Shown here piece by piece: positions 15,617-24,729 of a DNA stretch of 32,000 nt (position 1 is the first letter of the stretch; each line of letters opens with the position of its first letter). Under the pieces are notes generated by a model, which saw only the letters and a list, made by a program, of their open reading frames with translations, did not search any database and had not been told where the DNA came from. The position numbers and the translations under genes were made by a program. The stretch is from Candidatus Methanoperedens sp. (GTDB lineage Archaea; Halobacteriota; Methanosarcinia; Methanosarcinales; Methanoperedenaceae), in contig JBGQBI010000001.1 in assembly GCA_041494705.1 (NCBI GenBank), positions 270,001 through 302,000 of the forward strand, written 5' to 3'.

Positions 15617-16135
15617 ATGACAGCAGAAGAATTAATAAAAGCGGCAGTAGAATCGGATGAAGCATTCATCAGGGAATTCTCAAGGATAATCAAGGAAGAA
15701 CTTCGCATGACTGCAGCGGAATTCAGCGAAAAATCCGGTATACCTGCAAGCACCATCTATAAATTATTATCGGGTCACCGCGAGCCCAATATCAAGACCC
15801 TGAGACAGATTGTGGTAGTGCTTCAGAAATTGGAAGGGAAGGGAAAAACAGAGTTTATAGCAGTAATTGCAGCCCGCCCCGTGCTTGACTATATCTCGGA
15901 AAAAAAACTGAAGCTCGCAGGCCGTCTCCTGACAATCAGGGAATATTCTGCAACCTCGATGGAAGAAGCTATTGTTGCTGCAATCAGGGCTGAGAGGGAT
16001 GGGGCAAAAGCACTGGTGTGCGCCCCGATAGTGGCTACGACGGTGGAGAAGGTGCTTCGCATACCTGTGGCTGCAATAATGCCCAAGGACAGCCTTATTG
16101 CCGCGATTGAGCTTGCGGCGAAGAAAATGGGCTAG
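15617..16135 (+). CDS. XRE-type HTH transcriptional regulator with an uncharacterised C-terminal domain
   Basis: MTAAEFSEKSGIPASTIYKLLSGHREPNIKTLRQI is a Cro/C1-type HTH. The C-terminal ~95 aa (IAVIAARPVL ... ALVCAPIVATTVEKVLRIPVAAI) are unassigned. It is transcribed divergently from the ABC operon. Confidence 0.7.
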   Translation: MTAEELIKAAVESDEAFIREFSRIIKEELRMTAAEFSEKSGIPASTIYKLLSGHREPNIKTLRQIVVVLQKLEGKGKTEFIAVIAARPVLDYISEKKLKLAGRLLTIREYSATSMEEAIVAAIRAERDGAKALVCAPIVATTVEKVLRIPVAAIMPKDSLIAAIELAAKKMG

Positions 16136-16149
16136 GACAAAATTGGTGT

Positions 16150-17697
16150 TTACTTTTTTCTTCTAATCAGTAACACAGCCATTCCAACCGTTATAATCAC
16201 TTGTAGCATTTCAAAACCTGGTGTTTTGGGAGTAGACGTTGGAGTTTGTGCTGTAGGCTCCGGTATTTCCTTTGATGGCCATTCGACAGTTACAGAGTAT
16301 GTAAGACTCAAAGGCTGGTAAGCGTCTTTATTGTCGCCTGGATAATACAATCCTGTGAACTGGAGAGTATTCGAGCCGATTCTTGCTGATTTATCCGCTT
16401 TTATAGTCACTGATATGGTTCTTGACGTGCCCGGCGGAACACTGAATGTACCTGCTACCACTCCGGCACCTGCTGCCTGTCCGAAATTTTCACCGTAAAC
16501 ATGTATGCCGCTGGGTACACTGATTTGTGCATCCACATTCAGTGTCACATCGTTTAAAGACGGGTTGTTCATAAACAATTCAACAATACCATCCTGGTTG
16601 GCATCTATCACATCGGTTACCGGTCTTAGTGTAACAGACGGCCCTACGCGGAATTTCGCTGGCGTTGCCGGTGATGCTGTTGCTGGAGGAACTGTTGTGG
16701 GTGGAACCGTTGTCGGAATAACTGTTGTAGGGGGAACTGTTGTTGGAATAATTGTTGTGGGAGTAACAATACTTGAAAAGACCTCAAGCGTAGCCAGAGC
16801 CTTTGTGCCATCGGATCCCCCGACAGCATAGAGCTTGCCATCAATAACATCAGCGGCTAATGAACTTCGTGCAGTTGTCATTGATGCTTTGGTTGTCCAG
16901 GTATCCGTTACCGGGTCATAAACCTCAAGCGCAGAAAGACTCTTTGTGCCATCGGATCCTCCGACAGCATAGAGTTTGCCGTTAACAACTCCGGATGCTA
17001 GCGATTGTCTTGCTGTGGGCATTGATGCCTTCGTGACCCAGGTATCAGTAGCAGGGTTATATACGTCCAGCGCGGCAATGCTATTGCTTCCATCGAATCC
17101 TCCTATTACGTAGAATTTCCCGTCAATAACTCCGCCGCCTGCGTATGCATGGGTATTTGGAGGCGAAGCTTTTGCCGTCCAGCTATTGCTGTCCGGGTCA
17201 TAGACGTGCAGGAATTTCCGAAAGCCGCTGTAGCCATCGCAGGCAGTCAGGACGTAAAGCTTCCGGTTGATTACACCTGCAACTGAGCATCCACTCAGTA
17301 TGGGCATATCAGCACCTACGCTCCATGTATTGGTTGCAGGATTGTAGATTTGCAAATTTCTTATTGGAATATTAGAGATTGGATAGTCCCATCCGCCAAC
17401 GACATAGAGCTTGCCGTCAATTACTCCTATAGTGCCCTGGTATACAGGATGTGGTATAGGCGCCAATGTAGCCCATGCGTCAGTGACCGGATTATATGCT
17501 TCCACCGTATTTGTTGCGCCAGAAGGGCCGACATTACCCCCTACTACATAAAGCAGTCCGCCGGTTGATACAGCGTGTAGATCACTTCTTGCTGTTGGCA
17601 TAGCGGATTTCGTTGCCCAGATATCCCCTGCTGCAAATGCCTGACCTGAGGCAATGGTAAAGAGTAATATTGCAAAAATCAATTTATTTGTGTTCAT
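16150..17697 (-). CDS. secreted Kelch-repeat beta-propeller protein with Thr/Pro linker, conserved stalk domain and PGF-CTERM anchor signal
   Basis: Signal peptide MNTNKLIFAILLFTIASGQAFA. Six Kelch-like blades (GLLYVVGG, GKLYVVGG, RKLYVLTA, GKFYVIGG, GKLYAVGG x2). TPTT/VPPTT linker. C-terminal PGFEMLQVIITVGMAVLLIRRKK is a PGF-CTERM sorting signal. Confidence 0.85.
   Translation of the reverse strand: MNTNKLIFAILLFTIASGQAFAAGDIWATKSAMPTARSDLHAVSTGGLLYVVGGNVGPSGATNTVEAYNPVTDAWATLAPIPHPVYQGTIGVIDGKLYVVGGWDYPISNIPIRNLQIYNPATNTWSVGADMPILSGCSVAGVINRKLYVLTACDGYSGFRKFLHVYDPDSNSWTAKASPPNTHAYAGGGVIDGKFYVIGGFDGSNSIAALDVYNPATDTWVTKASMPTARQSLASGVVNGKLYAVGGSDGTKSLSALEVYDPVTDTWTTKASMTTARSSLAADVIDGKLYAVGGSDGTKALATLEVFSSIVTPTTIIPTTVPPTTVIPTTVPPTTVPPATASPATPAKFRVGPSVTLRPVTDVIDANQDGIVELFMNNPSLNDVTLNVDAQISVPSGIHVYGENFGQAAGAGVVAGTFSVPPGTSRTISVTIKADKSARIGSNTLQFTGLYYPGDNKDAYQPLSLTYSVTVEWPSKEIPEPTAQTPTSTPKTPGFEMLQVIITVGMAVLLIRRKK
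16285..16668 (-). repeat. left copy of a ~384-nt inverted repeat (coding; stalk domain of the Kelch protein)
   Basis: The reverse complement aligns without indels to 18993-19376. By my hand count there are about 25 mismatches (~93% identity), many of them synonymous. Identity stops sharply at both ends. Confidence 0.9.
16670..16768 (-). repeat. coding low-complexity tandem repeat (Thr/Pro-rich linker, ~15-nt units)
   Basis: Encodes TPTTIIPTTVPPTTVIPTTVPPTTVPPATASP. The nucleotide units are of the ACAACAGT(T/A)CC type. Confidence 0.8.
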
Positions 17698-18095
17698 ATA
17701 ATTCCTCTTTGTCTGATGTTATTTTTTATTAATCGGTGAATCTCCTCGCTTCCCGTATTGTGTCCTCTTTTCATTCTCCAAAACAGTAGCTAACCCTCCT
17801 TTTTTAAGGGATTGTTCCGATACAGCAAACTCTATTAGTTGCTAAAATTGTATTCGTTTTTTATGATAAATACTTTTGGTTGAAACGTACAAAAATCCCC
17901 ACTCAAGATAACTGGCGGCAGGAAGATGGGATAATAATCGGTCTTTTCTCTATTCGGACTTGAATTTTCCAGCCCCCTCTCTTCAAGCCTTAACTTAGCC
18001 TGTAACAATATATTTATTTATAGGTATGTCATAGTAAAAACCGAGGCAAATATTTATGAAGGGGGTAATTGGCATGTTCTCGGATGGTGTTTATT

Positions 18096-19514
18096 ATGAG
18101 TAGTACAGGAAAGCGTTCGTTCGTGAGTGTAATTGTTGGAATTCTGATTTTGTCAACAGTGTTAAAAAACTTGAAAGTGGCGCGCGCCCTTGCGATATTT
18201 ATTCTTTCGGCTCTGGTGCTTGCGGGAATGGCAGGGACGGGCGCTGCTGTAAGTGGATTGGTAGCTGAATGGCATTTCGACGGCAGCGCCCAGGATACCA
18301 GCGGCAGTGGCAACAACGGCACTATCAACGGCGCAACCTTCGTTCAGGGAATAAGCGGGCAGGCGCTGAGTTTTGATGGTGTGGATGATATGGTTGTAGT
18401 TCCGCACTCTTCATCCTTAAGCCTTGAGAAATATACTATGGAAGCGTGGATTAAAAGATACCAAAACAGAGAATTTGCGGAAATTATTCTTATCAAGAGG
18501 TACGAACCATCGTGGATGGATAATTATGAGTTGACTATTTCTCCAAACGGAACAGTTGGAGCTAGCTCCTATAGCCCGGACATATGGACATGGTTTGGCG
18601 TAGGAAGCGTGAGAAATATATCTGCTGGCGAATGGTACCACATAGCTGCGACGTATGACCGCACTACTTTCAAGATTTACATTAATGGTGTTCTTGATAA
18701 TTCAGTGAACACTCAATACACACCATATCAAAATAATCAACAATTAGTGATTGGAAGGGGATGTATGGGCGACCCCTGCATGTTTAGACCTTCTTCCCCA
18801 TCTTTCAACGGCACCATCGATGAAGTCCGTATCTACAACCGCGCTCTTTCAGCCAGCGAAATCCAAGCCGAGTATAATGCTTTAACTTCTACCCCCACAA
18901 CAACCACAGTCCCGCCAACAACAGTACCACCAACAACAGTTCCTCCAACGACTGTTCCGCCTACAACAGTTATTCCGCCCACAACAGCCGCAGCAACGCC
19001 GGCAAAATTCCGTGTGGGTCCGTCCGTTACGCTAAGACCGGTAACCGATGTGATAGATACCAACCAGGATGGTATTGTTGAATTGTTTATGAACAACCCA
19101 TCTTTAAACGATGTGACGCTTAACGTGGATGCACAAATTAGTGTACCCAGCGGCATACATGTTTACGGTGAAAATTTCGGACAGGCGGCAGGTGCCGGAG
19201 TGGTAGCAGGTACGTTCAGTGTTCCACCGGGCACGTCAAGAACCATATCAGTGACTATAAAAGCGGATAAATCAGCAAGAATCGGCTCTCATACTATTCA
19301 ATTCACGGGATTGTATTATCCCGGCGACAATAAAGACTCTTATCAGCCTTTGAGTCTTACATACTCTGTAACTGTCAAGGAGCCGTCAAAGAAACCCGAA
19401 GAACCTCCAAAAGAGGCGCAAGCTACTGCAACCCCCTCCAAAATACCGGGATTTGGTGTTGTACTGGCAATCTTTGGTGTATTTGCAATTGCACGTCTGC
19501 TTTCAAGAAAATAA
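18096..19514 (+). CDS. secreted LamG (concanavalin A-like lectin/glucanase) domain protein with Thr/Pro linker, conserved stalk domain and PGF-CTERM anchor signal
   Basis: AEWHFDG ... GNNGTINGATFVQGISGQALSFDGVDD ... MEAWIK ... GEWYHIAATYD ... IYINGVL ... FNGTIDEVRIYNRALSASEI is typical of Laminin_G_3. The C-terminus PGFGVVLAIFGVFAIARLLSRK is PGF-CTERM. The start is uncertain: in-frame TTG 18069, ATG 18084, ATG 18096, or GTG 18177. The last would give a classical signal peptide, MARALAIFILSALVLAGMAGTGAA. Confidence 0.85.
   Translation: MSSTGKRSFVSVIVGILILSTVLKNLKVARALAIFILSALVLAGMAGTGAAVSGLVAEWHFDGSAQDTSGSGNNGTINGATFVQGISGQALSFDGVDDMVVVPHSSSLSLEKYTMEAWIKRYQNREFAEIILIKRYEPSWMDNYELTISPNGTVGASSYSPDIWTWFGVGSVRNISAGEWYHIAATYDRTTFKIYINGVLDNSVNTQYTPYQNNQQLVIGRGCMGDPCMFRPSSPSFNGTIDEVRIYNRALSASEIQAEYNALTSTPTTTTVPPTTVPPTTVPPTTVPPTTVIPPTTAAATPAKFRVGPSVTLRPVTDVIDTNQDGIVELFMNNPSLNDVTLNVDAQISVPSGIHVYGENFGQAAGAGVVAGTFSVPPGTSRTISVTIKADKSARIGSHTIQFTGLYYPGDNKDSYQPLSLTYSVTVKEPSKKPEEPPKEAQATATPSKIPGFGVVLAIFGVFAIARLLSRK
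18885..18992 (+). repeat. coding low-complexity tandem repeat (Thr/Pro-rich linker, ~15-nt units)
   Basis: Encodes TSTPTTTTVPPTTVPPTTVPPTTVPPTTVIPPTTAA, with four near-perfect PPTTV units. Confidence 0.8.
18993..19376 (+). repeat. right copy of the ~384-nt inverted repeat (coding; stalk domain of the LamG protein)
   Basis: See 16285-16668. The encoded segments ATPAKFRVGPSVTLRPVTDVID ... LSLTYSVTV differ at only a few residues (A/T, N/H, L/I, A/S). Confidence 0.9.
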
Positions 19515-19594
19515 AATGAAAAAAATAAAATTATTTTTTCGGTGACTAGCGTCGAGAAATATAAAAACCGGATGAACGTAGATTTTCTATAGGG

Positions 19595-20215
19595 TTACCC
19601 CTTAATCCTCTTCAGCCTGAACGTGTTCTCCCGCTCCATCTCTTCAAGCCTCAACACAATAAAATCCTTTGCTTCGGAAAGCTCAGGTATCACCTTGAAC
19701 TCAAGCGCGTTCACCCTGCGCTTCGTTTTCTCGATATCCTCAAGCAGCTTTTTCATCGTGGTCTCAATCTCAGCCGCGAGGATGATTTTCTCAACAAGTA
19801 TTTCATAAGCGTCCACCGCTTCGTCGATGCGCGAGCTTGTGCCTATGATGCCGTAACCGTGCTCATCGAGTTTCTTATGTACGCTTGAAGCCTCGATTTT
19901 CGGGACAACGACACCCATCACATTCTTGCTTACAAGTTCAAGCTTTGGATTATCCTTGAGCGCAAAGGCTGTGGATTTCACTACGACAACGCCTTCCACA
20001 GACTTGGCGATAGCAAGGTTCAGGGAAGCCACAGCGAACTGCTTCTCCACCTCAACCCTTATGCCCTTCGCTTTCTCAAGTATCTCGAAAAGTTCAAGTA
20101 TCAGTCCATCGCGTTTCATCTTGAGAAGCTTATGCCCGCTCTGGCTGAGCTTGATTTTTTTCTTAAGCTCTATGAGTTCCGAGCGCGTGGGTTTTATGTT
20201 GTCTTTTATAGCCAT
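19595..20215 (-). CDS. atpD: A-type (A1AO) ATP synthase subunit D
   Basis: MAIKDNIKPTRSELIELKKKIKLSQSGHKLLKMKRDGLI is the typical V/A-type subunit D N-terminus. I trimmed the start to ATG 20215; the ORF-track extension overlaps atpB. Confidence 0.9.
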   Translation of the reverse strand: MAIKDNIKPTRSELIELKKKIKLSQSGHKLLKMKRDGLILELFEILEKAKGIRVEVEKQFAVASLNLAIAKSVEGVVVVKSTAFALKDNPKLELVSKNVMGVVVPKIEASSVHKKLDEHGYGIIGTSSRIDEAVDAYEILVEKIILAAEIETTMKKLLEDIEKTKRRVNALEFKVIPELSEAKDFIVLRLEEMERENTFRLKRIKG

Positions 20216-20216
20216 A

Positions 20217-21611
20217 CTACTCTTTTTGCTCTGCCTTCGCCCTGTGAGCCGGATGGTATTTCTGGATATACTTGTTATCGATTCTTGTGAGTTGCGCTTC
20301 AGGTAATTCAGCGAGAAGTTCCCAGCCGATATCGAGAGTGGTCTCGATATCCCTGTTCTCATCCGAGCCCTGCCGGACGAACCTGTCTTCGAACATATCG
20401 GCGAACTCAAGGAATTTCTTATCCCTGTCAGAGAGAGCGTCCTTGCCCACGATGGCAACCAGTCCCCTCAAATCCTTGCCCTCTGCATAAGCTGCGTACA
20501 ACTGGTCTGAGACCGCCTTATGGTCTTCCCTGGTCCTTGTCGCGCCAATACCAGAGTTCATCAATCTTGATAGTGAAGGCAGCACATTGACAGGCGGATA
20601 GATACCTTTCCTGTGGAGTTCCCTTGATATGACAATCTGCCCTTCGGTGATGTATCCTGAAAGGTCAGGAATCGGGTGCGTGATATCGTCGCCCGGCATG
20701 GATAAAATGGAGAACTGCGTAACTGAGCCTTTTCTTCCCTTTATAACGCCTGCACGTTCATATAACGAGGCAAGGTCTGTGTACATGTAACCGGGGTAAC
20801 CGCGCCTGCCCGGCACTTCTTCTCTTGCCGCGCCCATCTGGCGAAGCGCCTCGCAATAGTTCGTGATATCAGTAAGAATAACGAGCACATGCATATCGTG
20901 TTCGTATGCGAGGTATTCCGCAGCGGTAAGAGCAAGTCTCGGCGTGATAAGCCTCTCTACAGCCGGGTCGTCCGCAAGATTCAGGAACACCACAGCCCGC
21001 TCAAGAGCGCCTGTTCTCTCAAAGTCGCGCATGAAATACTGGGCTTCTTCGTTGGTAATGCCCATTGCGGCAAATACCACTGCGAACGGCTCATCCGAAC
21101 CCCGTACTTTTGACTGCCTTGCTATCTGCAATGCAATCTCGTTGTGCGGAAGACCTGAGCCTGAGAAAATAGGCAGTTTCTGGCCGCGCACCAGTGTATT
21201 CATACCGTCTATCGTGGATATGCCGGTCTGGATAAAGTCCTTTGGCGGAAGGCGCGCATAGGGGTTGATTGCCGCGCCTGTGATTTCAAGCCTGTCCTCG
21301 GGTACGATGCGGGGTCCCCCGTCCAGAGGTTCGCCTGAGCCTGACAAAATCCTGCCGAGCAGGTCTTTTGAAACCGGGAGTTTGATTGTTTCGCCTGTGA
21401 ACCTGACGCCGCATTCCCTGTTAAGCCCGCCGGTTCCTTCGAATACCTGTACAACAACTATATCTTTAGAAGTATCAAGCACCTGTCCTCTTTTTGTTGT
21501 GCCGTCTGGAAGATTGATATTTACAAGTTCATTGTATCCCACAGGTTCAGTCTTCTCTACAAAGATAAGCGGACCTGCGATTTCCCTGATTGTCTTGTAT
21601 TCTTTGGTCAT
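20217..21611 (-). CDS. atpB: A-type ATP synthase subunit B
   Basis: [16 protein letters not shown] ... SGSGLPHNE ... [10 protein letters not shown] ... [15 protein letters not shown] is the non-catalytic B subunit pattern. Confidence 0.95.
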   Translation of the reverse strand: MTKEYKTIREIAGPLIFVEKTEPVGYNELVNINLPDGTTKRGQVLDTSKDIVVVQVFEGTGGLNRECGVRFTGETIKLPVSKDLLGRILSGSGEPLDGGPRIVPEDRLEITGAAINPYARLPPKDFIQTGISTIDGMNTLVRGQKLPIFSGSGLPHNEIALQIARQSKVRGSDEPFAVVFAAMGITNEEAQYFMRDFERTGALERAVVFLNLADDPAVERLITPRLALTAAEYLAYEHDMHVLVILTDITNYCEALRQMGAAREEVPGRRGYPGYMYTDLASLYERAGVIKGRKGSVTQFSILSMPGDDITHPIPDLSGYITEGQIVISRELHRKGIYPPVNVLPSLSRLMNSGIGATRTREDHKAVSDQLYAAYAEGKDLRGLVAIVGKDALSDRDKKFLEFADMFEDRFVRQGSDENRDIETTLDIGWELLAELPEAQLTRIDNKYIQKYHPAHRAKAEQKE

Positions 21612-21612
21612 G

Positions 21613-23349
21613 TTACTTACCCCTCAGTTTTGCAAATTCTTCTTCCATGTTCTTTAGAATAACACCAAGCGCCGCATCGAAGTCTTTCTCGAATTTGACC
21701 TTTGCAAGATCGTCTTTTGTTTTTGATTTCATGATATCTTCGACAGATGCACCGCCCTCAAGTGCTGTCTGGGCTTTATCGCCCCAGGTAGTGATTGCCT
21801 TCAAGAGCTTGAACTGTTTATCCATCGGACAGAAAGTATCCACTTCATGATAGGCGTTCTGCTGCAGGAAATATTCGCGTATCATTCTTGCTATCTCAAG
21901 CGTCAATTGCTGGTCTTCCGGAAGGGCATCCGACCCAACGAGCTGGACGATTTCCTGGAGTTCGGCTTCTTTCTGGAGAAGCTCCATCGCATCATTCCTG
22001 AGCTTGACCCATTCGGGAGATACGTTTTCCTTGTACCAGTCCTCAAGCGCCTTTGAGTATAACGAATAACTGTTAAGCCAGTTGATTGCAGGGAAATGCC
22101 GGCGCTGTGCGAGTTTTGCATCAAGCGCCCAGAATACCTTAACGATACGAAGCGTGTTCTGGGTAACAGGTTCTGAGAAGTCACCACCGGGGGGTGAAAC
22201 CGCTCCGATAACGGTAATCGACCCTTCTTTTCCGCAAAGCGCTTTGACTTTACCCGCACGCTCGTAGAATTCTGATAGTCTTGCTGCAAGATAAGCCGGA
22301 TAACCTTCTTCTCCGGGCATTTCTTCAAGACGCGATGAAATTTCTCTCATGGCTTCTGCCCACCTTGATGTGGAATCAGCCATCAGGGATACATCATATC
22401 CCATGTCCCTGTAATACTCAGCGATTGTGATACCTGTATAAACTGAGGCTTCCCTTGCTGCTACCGGCATGTTGGATGTGTTCGCGATAAGAACTGTTCT
22501 CTCCATTAAAGGTCGGCCGGTTTTTGGATCTTTGATTTCCGGGAATTCATAAAGAACGTCAGCCATTTCATTGCCGCGTTCCCCGCAACCGATATAAACC
22601 ACTATTTCGGTATCGCTCCATTTTGCAAGCTGCTGCTGTGTAACGGTTTTTCCGCTTCCGAACGGGCCCGGGATAGCCGCTGTTCCACCCTTTGCAACAG
22701 GGAATAGACCATCAAGGATTCTCTGGCCTGTTATCAGTGGTGTGTTCGGCATCAGTTTCTTGCTGACCGGTCTTGGCTTCCTGACCGGCCATTTCTGCAT
22801 CATTGTGAGTTCGATACCGCCTGTAAGAGTACAGATCACAGCATCAACTTTGAATTTCCCCTTCTTTATTTCGCTTACGGTTCCCGAAATCTTTGGCGGG
22901 ACAAGTATCCTGTGCTCGATATTTTGGGTTTCCTGAACGGTGCCTATCACTTCACCGCCGTTCACCTTGTCGCCCTTCTTTACTGTCGGGACAAAATCCC
23001 ATTCTTTCTCGCGCGAGAGGCCGTTCGCTGAGACGCCGCGTTTTATAAAGTCGCCCATGGTATCTTTCAAAACTGGAAGCGGACGCTGGATTCCGTCGTA
23101 TATGCTTTCAAGAAGCCCGGGTCCGAGTTCAACCGATAACGACATACCCGTATTTTCTACGGGTTCACCGGGTCTTAATCCAGAAGTTTCTTCATATACC
23201 TGTACTGTGGATTTCTCGCCTTCTATCCCTATCACTTCGCCCATCAGTCCTTCTTTACCGACTTTGACCACATCGTACATTTTGGTATTTAAACCGCTAA
23301 TGATAACGACCGGTCCTGATATCCTATAAATTTCACCTTTATTTTTCAT
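21613..23349 (-). CDS. atpA: A-type ATP synthase catalytic subunit A
   Basis: [11 protein letters not shown] ... Walker A GPFGSGKT ... GCGERGNEM ... EEGYPAYLA. The length is normal, so there is no intein. I prefer the start ATG 23349 (AGGTG 9 nt upstream); GTG 23361 is the alternative. Confidence 0.95.
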   Translation of the reverse strand: MKNKGEIYRISGPVVIISGLNTKMYDVVKVGKEGLMGEVIGIEGEKSTVQVYEETSGLRPGEPVENTGMSLSVELGPGLLESIYDGIQRPLPVLKDTMGDFIKRGVSANGLSREKEWDFVPTVKKGDKVNGGEVIGTVQETQNIEHRILVPPKISGTVSEIKKGKFKVDAVICTLTGGIELTMMQKWPVRKPRPVSKKLMPNTPLITGQRILDGLFPVAKGGTAAIPGPFGSGKTVTQQQLAKWSDTEIVVYIGCGERGNEMADVLYEFPEIKDPKTGRPLMERTVLIANTSNMPVAAREASVYTGITIAEYYRDMGYDVSLMADSTSRWAEAMREISSRLEEMPGEEGYPAYLAARLSEFYERAGKVKALCGKEGSITVIGAVSPPGGDFSEPVTQNTLRIVKVFWALDAKLAQRRHFPAINWLNSYSLYSKALEDWYKENVSPEWVKLRNDAMELLQKEAELQEIVQLVGSDALPEDQQLTLEIARMIREYFLQQNAYHEVDTFCPMDKQFKLLKAITTWGDKAQTALEGGASVEDIMKSKTKDDLAKVKFEKDFDAALGVILKNMEEEFAKLRGK

Positions 23350-23397
23350 TTTCAAAGACACCTACTGTTTTATGTTGAATATTGATATGAGTTATAA

Positions 23398-23697
23398 TTA
23401 TTTCCATAGATCAACACCCACCGCCTGTTTTATTTTGTCCCTTAAGTTCGTGCTCTCACCCTTTCCGCCAATGGCTATTACTGTGGGTTCCACAGAATCG
23501 TCAAGTACTTGCTGCATATGGGGAGATAATGTCTTCATGTCATCACTATGGATAACCAGAATCCCGACATTTTTATCGTTCAGAACGGTCTGTATTTTGG
23601 CTTCGATATCCTGGGAAGTCGCATCATAGGTTTTCCGAATGCCTGCGAGCCGAAAACCAATTACAAAATCACTTTTTCCGACAACTGCAATTTCCAT
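23398..23697 (-). CDS. atpF: A-type ATP synthase subunit F
   Basis: 99-aa ORF, MEIAVVGKSDFVIGFRLAGI ..., in the conserved position between C and A. Confidence 0.85.
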   Translation of the reverse strand: MEIAVVGKSDFVIGFRLAGIRKTYDATSQDIEAKIQTVLNDKNVGILVIHSDDMKTLSPHMQQVLDDSVEPTVIAIGGKGESTNLRDKIKQAVGVDLWK

Positions 23698-24729
23698 TTA
23701 CATCACCAGGTGGGCTTTTATTATATCTTCAGGAAGCTTTGTCTCTTTTCCACGCACTATTATCCTGAGGTTATCCACTTCTATCTTCTTGCTCAGAATA
23801 TAGTCGAGGACAGGAAGAATCGAAAGCGGATAATAATATGATATCTGGGATGCATACACAAGGCCATATTTATCAAGCCGCGTTTCAATATGGATAAGGG
23901 AAGTCAAATCACTGCTGATATCGGATATTGCTTTCCAGTAAGAGTACTCCTCTAGTGCGCGCACGAACTCAGAAAAGGACATGGATGCCAATCGTCCCAG
24001 GTCTGCCTCTTTAAGTTCCATTCCGCCGGGAATCAACATCTTTACAATATTTTCGCGTTCCATCCCCGCGCGCTTCATTCTGAAAAGAATCTTCAGGTTT
24101 TTCAAATCAATCTCGGTTCTAAGGAATTTCAGGAACAATTTATTTTCAGTCTGGGAAGCTGCTTTAATAAGGTTTGAATAAAACATTTTGTCAAGTTCGT
24201 TCTCGACATCTGCCAGGACACCCTTATAACCTTCAAGAGCAGGATAATACGGTGTTTTTGCAAAAGCCGCGATTACACCCTCAATCGTCCCGATTTTAAC
24301 AATCTCCGTTAAATCCCTGTATCGCAATTCGCCCGCTGAAACCACGTCTTCAAGTATTTCTTCCTCTCCTGCCCCTGAAATTTTTCCTCTCAGTATGGTC
24401 TTGATATTCCAGATATCAAATGAGCGAAGATATTCAGTAATTAGAAAGTTGGCTTCATTCTGCGATACTTCAATTAATTTCCGGTAAGTCAGGGCTAAGT
24501 TCTGGTTCAGGGCGTGTTCAAAAAGGTCAGTACCCTTATACTTCTTTCCAAGTTCGTCAACATCTTTTTTGTATTCGGATTCCCCTATGAACCGGGTTAT
24601 CTCAGGAATATCCATGTTGAGGAATTTCGGATACATCTCCCTGGGAATGAGTTTACCCTTCATAGCACGGACTCTGGCTACGATATATGCATATTTGACG
24701 CCGTTTGCAGCTCCCATTCCTTTTTTCAC
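23698..24729 (-). CDS. atpC: A-type ATP synthase subunit C
   Basis: 343-aa helical protein (YAYIVARVRAMKGKL ...) in the position between E and F. Its stop abuts the atpF start. Confidence 0.85.
   Translation of the reverse strand: MKKGMGAANGVKYAYIVARVRAMKGKLIPREMYPKFLNMDIPEITRFIGESEYKKDVDELGKKYKGTDLFEHALNQNLALTYRKLIEVSQNEANFLITEYLRSFDIWNIKTILRGKISGAGEEEILEDVVSAGELRYRDLTEIVKIGTIEGVIAAFAKTPYYPALEGYKGVLADVENELDKMFYSNLIKAASQTENKLFLKFLRTEIDLKNLKILFRMKRAGMERENIVKMLIPGGMELKEADLGRLASMSFSEFVRALEEYSYWKAISDISSDLTSLIHIETRLDKYGLVYASQISYYYPLSILPVLDYILSKKIEVDNLRIIVRGKETKLPEDIIKAHLVM

Noticed and set aside
16505-16831. 108-aa ORF antisense to the Kelch gene, with a near-identical 107-aa twin at 18833-19156 antisense to the LamG gene
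   Set aside because: Their apparent conservation is a by-product of the inverted repeat and the Thr/Pro-linker (GGTVV-type translation). It gives no independent support for coding.
17698-18068. The 371-nt divergent intergenic region between the Kelch and LamG genes, scanned for repeats, hairpins or small RNAs
   Set aside because: I found only AT-rich TATA-like stretches and trivial 4-5 bp complementarities. Nothing is supportable by eye.
18074-18103. 9-codon upstream ORF (ATGTTCTCGGATGGTGTTTATTATGAGTAG) preceded by GGGGGT, overlapping the LamG gene start region
   Set aside because: It is very short and in a region where the true start of the LamG gene is itself uncertain. It cannot be distinguished from chance without expression or conservation data.
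16670-18992. Short tandem 15-nt repeats considered as a possible CRISPR or non-coding array
   Set aside because: The repeats are in frame and encode PPTTV-type Thr/Pro linkers in two proteins. They have no spacers and no repeat-spacer periodicity. I saw no CRISPR array anywhere in the window.
20216-20458. 81-codon N-terminal extension of the atpD ORF
   Set aside because: It overlaps the 3' end of atpB. The conserved subunit D N-terminus (MAIKDNIKPTRSEL) starts at 20215, directly after the atpB stop.
21613-23361. Possible intein or recoding event in the ATP synthase catalytic subunit genes
   Set aside because: The A (about 578-582 aa) and B (464 aa) subunits have normal lengths and contiguous conserved motifs. 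I saw no in-frame stop or insertion.
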